Source of the DNA: Mizuhopecten yessoensis
Taxonomy: Eukaryota
NCBI RefSeq assembly: GCF_002113885.1
Contig: NW_018407357.1
Coordinates: 792,591 to 856,590, forward strand
Length of the DNA: 64,000 nt
Direction of reading: 5' to 3'
Part shown: positions 29,801 through 40,683 of the stretch, one piece after another
Layout of the letters: each line of letters opens with the position of its first letter
How positions within the stretch are numbered: the first letter of the stretch is position 1
Made by a program: the position numbers and the translations under genes
The notes under the pieces: model-generated
The model's database searches: none
Seen by the model: only the letters and a program-made list of their open reading frames with translations
What the model was told of the DNA's origin: nothing

Positions 29801-30113
29801 GCAGGACGGTCATATGCCCTGACTGGTAATTCAGCACACTTTATGTAGAACCAGTATGTGCACTCTTGTAACTGGTCTATAGATGGCAGTAATGACGCCT
29901 CTGTGGCGCTGAGTACTGTTCACCTGCAGTCTTGGACAGAGAATGGATAAAACAAGTTTTTCTCATCTGGGACGATCTGTCTGCCAATTATCACACAATA
30001 CATATTCGCTACAGTCGTCAAGTTGAAAATTGTCCAAGGTAAAAACTGCCTCTTTCGGATAAAAACTGGTTAAAATGCATAAAAACGTCACAGCCGACAG
30101 AAAGACGGACGTA
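26890..30113 (-). mobile_element. Degenerate CR1/L2-group LINE (PHD-like remnant, AP endonuclease, reverse transcriptase), frameshifted
   Basis: EN motifs ILFIGETKL, LVAGDLNI, PTCF, LSDWH. RT motifs AILMDLSKAFDCLPH, VPQGSILGPLLFNIFI, YADD. C-terminal YGLKSF...VWNSLP...WDG. Split across at least 7 ORF fragments. Confidence 0.93.
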
Positions 30114-30209
30114 CCCACGAAATGATAGTTATGTGACTGCCATATTATGTGACGTTTTTTCTGAAAATTGTGTGACCATATAACTGGTTCTAACGAATTG
30201 ACAGTCATG

Positions 30210-30830
30210 TGACACTGTATGTCCACAATTTATGTGACTCTTTCAATGTCCGTAACTTGTGTGACAATATGTCCACAATTTATGTGACTTTTTCCATGTC
30301 CGTAACTTGTGTGAAACTGTGTCCACAATTTATGTGACTTTTTCAATGTCCCTAACTTGTGTGACAATATGTCCACAATTTATGTGACTTTTTCCATGTC
30401 CGTAACTTGTGTGAAACTGTGTCCACAATTTATGTGACTTTTTCAATGTCCGTAACTTGTGTGACAATATGTCCACAATTTATGTGACTTTTTCAATGTC
30501 CGTAACTTGTGTGACACTGTGTCCACAATTTATGTGACTTTTTCAATGTCCCTAACTTGTGTGACAATATGTCCACAATTTATGTGACTCTTTCCATGTC
30601 CGTAATTTGTGTGACAATATGTCCACAATTTATGTGACTTTTTCAATGTCCGTAACTTGTGTTACAACATGTTCACAATTTATGTGACTTTTTCAATGTC
30701 CGTAACTTGTGTGACAATATGTCCACAATTTATGTGACTTTTTCAATGTCCGTAACTTTCGTGACAATATGTCAACAATTTATGTGACTTTTTCAATGTT
30801 CGTAACTTGTGTGAAACCATGTCTAAAAAT
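30210..30830. repeat. 50-bp subterminal tandem array (gtccacaatttatgtgactttttcaatgtccgtaacttgtgtgacaatat), ~12 copies, decaying to ~31100
   Basis: gtccacaatt at 30221, 30271, 30321...; each unit carries two TGTGAC motifs also found in the TIR. Confidence 0.95.
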
Positions 30831-32680
30831 GTTGTGATTAGTCATGTCCATAAAATATGTGACTCTTTAATGTCCGTATTTTGTGATAACATGTTCATTA
30901 AGTTATGTGACTACATGTATGTACAACTATGTCCATAATGTTGTGTGCCACCTTTTGTCAATAATTTAATGTCTCTTTATGTCCACAATCTGTGAGACTG
31001 TAAATAATTTGTGCATCACTATATGGCCTAAATATTCCCAAAACCTTGTGGGACTGTCTACAATGCTGTATCATTTTATAGAGCTATAATTTTTGTGACC
31101 CATTTTTTCCCCCATTTCTTACTAGTAAATTAAATATTGATCAACTTCATACACGTTGACATATTTATTTACTGCACGTTGACTCATTGTTAATGTCAAG
31201 AATTGCAAAGTTTCCAATGTCAAGACTTTTAAAAGATTTACATTAGCATATTCTGGACATTTTCTTATTCCAGTATTACACTGATTCTTGATCAGGTGGC
31301 AAACAATTGATACATCGTATACTAACCCTGAGACCATCTTTATTGTTATTATCCTGCAATTATTTATTCTACAGAACCTTAACAAAAACAGGACAAATGG
31401 TACATTGTACTTGCAAGCTTTTTATTGTGCAAATTTTGAGGGACATGAATAGGCATGGGCCTATTGCTGGATAACTATAGTATCCGTTCAAGGTCTATTG
31501 GCCAATTAAAGTAGTCTTCTGAGAGACACACATATAGGATGCCGCAGCCATCTTGTTTTTCTCTTTTTATCACACAGATTATATCTGTATACATGTGGGA
31601 GGCAATAATGTGAATGTTTTAAAAAATGACAAAAGCAAAAAATCAATTGTAATTCTTCTACAATTTGTCTTCTATAAAACATGAACCAAAACACTTTTCT
31701 AATTGATTCATTGTTGTTAAATTGTGCAATGCATTATTTCTATTATCATATGCTATTTGGAGCATAATCATGTCATTAAAATTAAGTAATCCAGCAGTAC
31801 CAGGCATTGCAGGATAGTCCTGGACAGCACTGGCAAGCTGTATGTGGCGAAACCAGGCTGTAACTAATACCATCCTGGAAATGGCAGCCACATTTCCTAC
31901 AAAAACTCAAGGAATTTTGGAAATGCACATACAATTGGGACACCATGAAATGTTCCTCTATATAATGCAATCTGCATTAAGAAATTCTGTTTCTTTTGAG
32001 AATTGTTCCAAACAGAATTTAATTCAGATTATGACTCTTTAACATGTACAGACAACACTCTCAACATCTTCAAGCAAACAGTATATGTTGCCATTCAAAC
32101 GATAAAAGCCCAGCAAAATCTGCTGTGTTATTATAATTGGTAACCATTAAGAAGTTATACTTATACAGTAACAACAAGAAATATAGGAATTTATGGAAAA
32201 GGAAATAAAATAAAAAATTAGTCACTACTGCGACATAATGTAAAATCATGTATCTCTTTCATACTAAATGAATGTTAATTATTGTGAAATGCTTTGTATA
32301 GTCAATCAACAGATATATATATATATATGTATATCATCCTTTTACTCCAAATCCAACTCCATAACATCTTTCTGAAATCAAATCTGGTCAATCTACTGCA
32401 TCATCATAACTTGTTGAAATGGAAGCAATATACATAATACTCGAACAGTAAATACAGGATCAAATAAAAAGGTAGAAACAGATCCTTGGGAAAAAGGACA
32501 TCAAATTACCGATTCAGTTACTTCTTGTAACAAAATAAAAATTATGCAAGAAACCATGGATCTTGTGAAAAGCATTAGTTTCTTTTACAGAGAGGTTTTC
32601 AATCAATTTGAAATGGTTTGTTTAGTCCATCAACACAGATATGCAACAATCCCTTCTGCTCAGAGCAGTTATACTTCAGC

Positions 32681-33362
32681 AACAAGATATCCAAGAGGAA
32701 TCTTGGCACCCACCATCGTTTGCTCTTCAATTATTCCTGGATATTTTCCCTTATTTTCTCTTCTTTCCTCTGTTTTCTGTCTACGAAATAGCAATAATAA
32801 CCTTAAAATGTCAAATCCAGGATGGTTCCCTGCTGATTTTTTCTGATCAGTCTTCAAAATCAAAAGGACACAACTAGGGACCAAAGGAAATCTACAAATT
32901 GAACTTGAAAAAGATCCATCTTGTACTTCAAGAAATAGTGATAACAAACTTTCATTGTCAAATCTAAAATATCTGTCTGTTGCCCATATTATTGTTTTAT
33001 AGATATCAAAATCTAAGATGCCGTCTATCGGTCTTATTGTTTTCCAGATCAATCCAAAAAGGTACAATGCACAACTAGGGACCAAGAGGAACCTACATAT
33101 AAAATCTGAGAATGACCCACAGAAATAGCGATAACAAATTCATCAATGAAAATCCAAGATGACTGTCGGCCATATTGTTTTCTTTAGCAAAAAAAGGACC
33201 ACGCACAACTAGGAATCACGGGAAACCTGCATATGAAATTTGAGAATGGTCCTTTAATAACTCAAGAAATAGCAATAACAAGAACTGTGTAAGGACGGAT
33301 GACGGACCACAGACGATGGGCGATTTGAATAGTCCACCATCTGATGATGGTGGGCTAATAAA
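32681..33362. mobile_element. Helentron-type non-autonomous element (HINE-like); shorter relative at 38024-38382
   Basis: Both start acaaga.atcc.agagg.atcttgg..c..accatcgtttg, share caaatc.aggatggttccctgct, have a ggacgga tract and end in the hairpin ccat.tgatgatg..gggctaa. Confidence 0.75.
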
Positions 33363-33405
33363 CATCACTGTCAAATAGTCTTTGTATTTTCCAGAAATTA
33401 TGGAA

Positions 33406-36400
33406 TTACTTTGAGTGATTTATGTAGGATATTTTTTTGATGATAAGGTGGTTAGCTCTGAGGTGGAGAACACCATTGGCCTTTTCACTTTTCTTTTTCA
33501 TTTTTTCGATGACAGCTTGCCTGGGAGTTGTTTTTGTTTTTAGAAAATCACTGAAATACTCTTTCAACTCCTTCATTTCTGCAGCTGTCCACCGCTGGCG
33601 AGATACCCTTGGTGTTTTCTCTTTTGCTTCATCCAGTTCGTCTTCTTCCTCGTCTTTTTCCTCTGTGGCCTCTTCATTGGCTGCCTCTTCTGAATACATA
33701 CACTCCTCTGGATCCATGTTTTGTACTGGGATTGATCTAATAGATAGAATTCATACATTGATTTTTCATCTATTATATACATATTTCACAAGTATGGCAG
33801 ATTTTTTACATTTTCATAAATGCGAAGCACGAGTGAAAATATTTTTGAAATCTGCCATATGAGTCAAATATATCTGACATTTAAAGGGAAACCAGTGAAT
33901 TTTCTTTTTCTTACATTAAGGAAGAAAAAATAGAGGACTCAAATTTCAAACAAATCTGCTACAAACAAGGGCGAGGAACGTTGTTTTATTCCAGTCACTG
34001 CTAGAAATCCCTCTCAAACTGATACAAGAAAGTAATTAAATGAAAACCTGTAATGTATACCATATTTTTTTTTCGTGAAAAAAATGATGCAATGTTAGAT
34101 TAGAAATCTTATACCATCACCATGAGGTGATGAAATCAAATAGATATTTTCCTATATTTAATGTAATAAAATAATCATACCATAAAACAAGATACCTAGA
34201 CAGCAAATATCACAAAATGGCATTTTAGCATTATCACACTTGAATTTGATAAGGCAAGCTAAATACTCACAGGTGATCTGAAGAGTGGAGTTGGGTGTCC
34301 GCATCAGGCAACACAAGGTCTGTTATAGAAAGAAAACAAAATCAATGACAAAACTTCTACAGATGTTATTATTAGTTGATCCTCAGTCCTTCCAGTCTTC
34401 TAATGTTCTTTCCCTAATTATTCCAATAGAACAAAAAAGGTACAAAGTGCAAGAGTCAAGTTTCACGTCAATTTCTGAGGATAATCTGTTAAAAATTGTG
34501 CGGTTCAAAATAACAGCACTGGTATCTGACTTTAAATTATTTATTAGAAAGGTCATGAAACAGATCACCATTTAACTGTAGATCACACTTTTCCAATTAT
34601 TATGAATACTTTTTAAGTGCTCTACAAATCATTACCTCTAATGTCAAAATCATCTAGTTTCTGGCCGCGAAATTTGGATGTCAGGTTGAGATCTTGGATG
34701 AGTAGTATCTTGCTGACCTGGGTCTTTTCGACAAGCCCACTCAACTGTCGGTAATGTTCTTTGTGGACCTTTTTTGTATGCCCAAGATGACTGTACACCC
34801 ATTCAAGCTGATTTTTGTCCAAGTTCATCATCTAGAAAGTTCAAATTAATCAGTGCAAATATACAAAGCATCAACATCATTATTCCGTCTTAAACTTCTT
34901 AAGTTAAAAAAAAAAAAAATATTGTTGAAACTGATCTCATGAAATCAAATTCTATGATATTCTGTTTAACAGACAAGTAAATAAATTCAGAATAACATCG
35001 GTTAGGCCATAATAAATTAATTCCTAAATTCTCATCCAATTTTCTTCAAAATCAGGGCAAGGGGAGGGTTTTTGTTCGTTTTTCTAAGAATTTCTTATAT
35101 TCGTAAATACATGTATGTAAAAATTATGAAATAAAAGTATGTTCAGTGTCTGATTCCAGATTCTTTGTCCGGATGTTGGTTCCCTTATTATAAAACAAAC
35201 ATGGCCGACAGCATGTTTATCACACTGCAGCTACTGACTTTTTTGACAGATTAACTTCTTTACCATGATTCTTATGTGAAATAAAAAATATTGAATTGGC
35301 TACAAAGATTGCTACTTTGATGGTCATTATCACTTTCCATGTATTTATATGTTTAGATTTGTTTTACTCCCACTTTAGTCACGGTCAATCAACAACAAAA
35401 ATAGCGATGTTTTACCAGCATGAATAAAACAGAAGCAACTTAATTGAAATTATAATTTAATTATTCTGATGTTTGTTAGAAAATGGAAGTATTTCTCTTG
35501 TGACATGTCATTATTTTGAAAATATTAACAAAATGTATGATTGTGTATAAATGAGGAGATCAGTATTGTATTATAGTCGGTACATTTTCCCAACGAAATA
35601 AAAAAAAAATCCGGGCAGGCCAAAACAGTCAAGGTAGGTAGGCAGGGATGAGAATCTTGGAATTAATTTATTATGGTCTTGCACTCCTGTTGTAGTCCTT
35701 AGAGTTTGTGTCATTCTACAAAAGCATATCCATATTATTCGCTGTAATTAACTACATTGTGTTAATGTTTAACAGTAGAAAATATGTTACCTGAGTCAAG
35801 GTTGCCATGTACTTCCTCATGCTCACAGATGTGATTTTATGTGGTGCGCGTAGATCGAGTTCCCCACAAACAAATCTCAGCGACTCGTATGCCCTGGCAT
35901 AGTGATTCACTGTTAAATACATAAATATAAAAATTGATCCTACGTATTATTCACCTGTTATATCAATTGAAACAAGATTCATTTGTGAAACAATGCCCTG
36001 ACAAGTAACCTTTCACAAAGAATAGGCAAACAAGGCACAGGTTAATATAAATGTTGATGGAATATGACCAATATTAAATAATATCAGATCTTATTAAGAT
36101 AAAGCAATGTCATTTGATGGGATCTCTAAAACAGACAAGACAGACATGTACAGACCAAAAACAATCTGCCTCCTGATCTTCAATCTCAGAGGAGCATAAA
36201 AATTCTGAGCTTTACTTGCATATTTTTGAAGCATGCTACTACAAAAGTACTTCCAAAGGACCCTGGATTATGAACAACCATGGAGCAAGGAAAGCTTACA
36301 TATATGTATACAGTACATCCTACTTGTCATATCAATAATCAAAATCTAAGATAACAGAGTGTGAGGTCAAAATCCAAGGAAGATGTATCCATTACTTCTC

Positions 36401-39400
36401 CAATTGAAGTAACTCAACATGGCAGGAGGAAACACAGTCAAAGATAAACAATAATACATACATTTTTTATGTTGAAGTTTTAATTTTGCTTTCAGGTTTC
36501 ATTTATATCATTACCTGAATTTGGAAAAAGATACGGGTTTCCCTCCACAATGCCAGAACTTCGTCTACCCTTAACCGATGCCAGGAATGCCAGTGCTCTT
36601 TTGGCATCAGGTGGAATTATCACCGGTACAGGTCTTCCTCTCTTGAATGAACAATTTTGAAAAGGAATCATTTAAAATTATGACATCCAGATTATCAAGA
36701 TTGTTATGATGCAGTGTTAGAAAAGTGTGTATAAATTTCATGTCAAATACGCAATTAGCATTTAATATTAGTTATATTTATGACTTAGCAGATAAATTAT
36801 TTGCTCCAATTTCATGCTTCAAGTTGTGTTTCTCTTGGAATGAATAATTTGAAACTTTTCACATCAATATGGTTTTATGTTCTGAATTACATTAATATTG
36901 AGAACTATATATTGTACTGACCAAAGTCTTCCAATGCTGATAGATGTAAATAAACCTTCACCTTCATCAACTCATATAAACTTAATTGTCATTTTTTTTT
37001 ATTCTGCTGATTAATGATTAATTTTGATTGACTGTCTTCATATTTCTTTCATTTTCCTTCCTTATTACAGTATTTATATCCTATCACTTCCATTAACATC
37101 AATAGTATGAACATCTGGGCCAGTATTCCTGAATCTGTACTCGTGCTTATAAGCACAGATTTCATGATCAAATGAATAATTTTGTTACTCACCAAAGTAT
37201 TGTAAAATAATGCAAGTATATATTGCATACATTGAACAGTATATACAAGTGTAGGGTTTGGGCTCTTCAGAATATTTCCCAAAAATTGATATGATTTGCT
37301 TTATTATCAATTCGAAGCAGAAACAAGATATATGCTTAATAATGAGAATGAATTCATGAATACAATCCCTGTTTTAGAATTCATATTTATATCTTTTGCA
37401 TGCATATACTAGTTAGTATATCCATTCCGGACTCAAAACCTTGCTAAGTATAACACATGTTATTACATTTGCCAACTTTTTCTAACCACCATTTTACATG
37501 ATCCCCAACAACATTTTGGAAATAAATCAATAAATCCATGTACTCCTTTGACAATCGGTCTGCCATCAACAGTTCGATAGAATATCCATCTTGCTACATA
37601 AATGTTAACCTTGTATTTTACCTTTCCTCGCACTCGAAGGAATTCCTGCGATTCTAGCAAATGCTTTTCTACAGGTGAAAGGTCAGACTCGAGGGACTCA
37701 TCAATACCATCAGAGGGCTTGCTTCTTGAGGCATAACACTGAAGCCTGTGTAAATAAAACATTATTTTGTATATTAACATTACCTATCAACTCCATTAAT
37801 GTAACAAGAGGCCCCAACAGCTTTAAAAGTCACCCCAAGTACATACAGTAAACCCCCACATAACTTTCAAAGCAATACAATGTATTTCAAACAACTTTCA
37901 GACTGAATCAAATACAATGCATTTGCAGATAATCAATCTACTACAGTTGGACCTCATAAGTGGAAACAGGAAACATGAACATATTCACAGCAAATTTTAA
38001 AAACGATGATTAATAATGAACATACAAGAGATCCCAGAGGGATCTTGGTGCCGACCATCGTTTGATCTTTATTTGTTCTTTAAAAACTTAGACCTTTTTC
38101 CTTCTATTCTCTTCTTTCCTTGTTTTTCCTCTACGATATAGAAATAATCATTAAACTGTCAAATCTAGGATGGTTCCCTGCTCGTTTGTTTTTCTTTCAG
38201 TGTCCAAATCAAAAGGGCACATTTTAAGACTAAGAGGAACCTACATATGAAATTTGAGAATGAACCATCCAGTACCTTTCAAGAAATAGTGGTACAAAAA
38301 TTGTTCAAGGATGGACAGACAACAGAGACCACAGCCGAAGGGGGATTTGAATACCCCTCCATTTGATGATGAGGGCTAAAAATCAATACAACAGCATACA
38401 TTTTAAAGTCAGAAATAGCCATGTGGAATTATCACTCACTTGATGGTTTCAACCTCTCCTGATCTCCGCTTGTTGTAAAGCAGTATTCTGGCTTGGCATA
38501 GGGCAACTAATCTCCTGAAATTATCTGCAACAAGTTCTAGATGGTCAAGTTCTTTCCTCAGGTATTTTGTGATTTGTTCAATGTCCTTCGGAGAGGGAAG
38601 TTCATTTTTATATTCATATTTCCTACGTGCCAACACCAATCGAGCAAACCTTGTTACTCTTTCCTCCCATTCCAAGTCCATCAGTGCTAGCAATGTCTTG
38701 CAATTTTTTGCTTCCTCGTCATCTGCAGATCCATTTTTTACTATCATAGCCCACTTACTATTGATAAGACGATGCAGGTCGTATTTTAACATAATAGCAT
38801 TGCTAGGGGCAAGCAAATCATCCTCGTCATCTGCATTAGGAATTGCACATTTTATTGCAGCTAAAACAATATCATCAAAATGGTTGGGCTTCAGATAATG
38901 CCATAACCCTTTGGAATCATCTGCTTTTGGGACAAGTGCCTCACACTTAACATCCCCGTCTCCCTCATCATCATCTCCTTCTTCTAGATAAGTCTTTTCA
39001 TCCTTGTTAGACTTTGTATCTCTAAGGGCAAGGAGAAGCCTTGCACATAGCCTCATTCTGGAACTTGCATAATACTTTCTTTTTTCAACATTTCCTCTGT
39101 TACGCCTTAACCAACTTTCTCCCAGTGCCATTACAAGTGGATCATTTTGGGCAGTTTGGGACATCACATCCCTGGTCATAATTGGCAGAACTTCTTTACT
39201 CATGAGTGATGATGGTTCATCCTTGAGATGGCCAGCTAAAACCTGAGCTTGAAACACCAGGTCTTTCCTTCGCATCTTTACAGTGTTTTTTTCATGGCTT
39301 TGGCAATGTCTATAATGAAGCTTTAAATGATCCAACATAACCCATTCCCTACAATTAGGGCAGGGACCATAATCTGTGACATCAAACTTCCCCTTTGGCC

Positions 39401-40083
39401 GCCTGGCCAGGATAATTTCTCCCTGTTTCTTTTCCACGCATTTCCTGTTATGACGGTCGTCTCCGAACTTTCTCAATGATGTAAAATTAGGCTGATCACT
39501 TTTGAGAATGTCTTTAACCATGTCTTGGTTTCTGTGTGTTTTCAAATGTTCCTTTATGTGTAGCACAACTTTCTCACAAAAGTAGCAAGCATGACGGTTG
39601 TCATAAATTCTTACACCTCTACTCTGACCTTGATTCATTTTGTTTTTTTTTATTTTGTATGTTTTAATGTAAAGGGAGCTACTATTAATATCCCGGGTAA
39701 TGTTATCGTCTTCCAAATCAGAGCTTGAATCTTCAGGTCGACATCTCTTCTTAGAACCTGTATCACATATGCCATCTTCATGCTGATCAGCGCCAGGGCC
39801 TCTATGCCTTTTCTCCTTTGAATCTCTGTCACTGCTGTTGTTGTCATCTTCATGCTGATCAGAGCCAGGACCTCTATGTCTTCTCTTCTTTGAATCTCTG
39901 TCACTGCTGTTGTTGTCATCCTCATACTGATCAGAGCCAAGACCTCTATGTCTTCTCTCCTTTGAATCTCTGTCACTGCTGTTGTTGTCATCCTCATACT
40001 GATCAGAGTCACGACCTCTATGCCTTCTCTCCTTTGAATCTCTGTCACTGCTGTTGTTGTCATCCTCATACTGATCAGAGTCA
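33406..40083 (-). CDS. Spliced tyrosine recombinase (Crypton-like YR) with N-terminal zinc fingers and C-terminal Myb/SANT-like tail; 5' part runs into the N-gap
   Basis: Phase-consistent GT-AG exons: >40083-38440, 37745-37622, 36641-36515, 35909-35791, 34831-34636, 34319-34271, 33736-33406 (stop). Motifs: CYFC..HLKTH, CPNC..HYRHC, LYNKRRSGE (catalytic R), VRGK|RGRPVPV (K), ITSVSMRKYMAT (xxxR), HLGHTKKVHKEHY (H, nucleophile Y), RQRWTAAEMKELKEYF. No stops across the seven exons. Confidence 0.9.
35003..35680. mobile_element. Intronic MITE with ~35-bp TIRs
   Basis: taggccataataaattaattcctaaattctcatcc vs ggatgagaatcttggaattaatttattatggtctt. Confidence 0.7.
39770..40083 (-). repeat. 72-bp coding tandem repeat (EDDNNSSDRDSKERRHRGxGSDQY), at least 4 copies, in frame with the YR exon
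   Basis: 72-nt periodicity; this frame is open and continues into LEDDNITRDIN of ORF 38436-39716. Confidence 0.85.
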
Positions 40084-40683
40084 NNNNNNNNNNNNNNNNN
40101 NNNNNNNNNNNNNNNNNNNNNNNNNNNNNNNNNNNNNNNNNNNNNNNNNNNNNNNNNNNNNNNNNNNNNNNNNNNNNNNNNNNNNNNNNNNNNNNNNNNN
40201 NNNNNNNNNNNNNNNNNNNNNNNNNNNNNNNNNNNNNNNNNNNNNNNNNNNNNNNNNNNNNNNNNNNNNNNNNNNNNNNNNNNNNNNNNNNNNNNNNNNN
40301 NNNNNNNNNNNNNNNNNNNNNNNNNNNNNNNNNCCCCCCCCCCCCGGCGGAAAGTGTGGGACCTCGTCTTAACTAGAGGGAAGGGAGAATCGCCGGATTA
40401 CTGACCTGACGCATTTGCCTGTGTTTGGTTATACATACTTTCTTTGCCAGAAAGAAAATTATCAAAGACAGGAAATTGATTGGAAAAAAAATCTAAATAG
40501 AAATAAGTCTGGAAGACAAATCATGACAGTGCTCATGAATGTTTCCTTACACTTTAATTGTACGCATTTTAAGTAAACTGTAATCGGTGAAATAGCCATC
40601 ATCTCTACTAGGCGATAGTTGTCATTTTTTATTATACATTCACACAAAGGGTATGTATGGTTACAATGTACTTGGTGTTTGAT

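Noticed and set aside
33437-33862. Plus-strand ORFs opposite real CDS (also 38569-38898, 57410-57979)
   Set aside because: Antisense shadows of the YR and fucosyltransferase exons.
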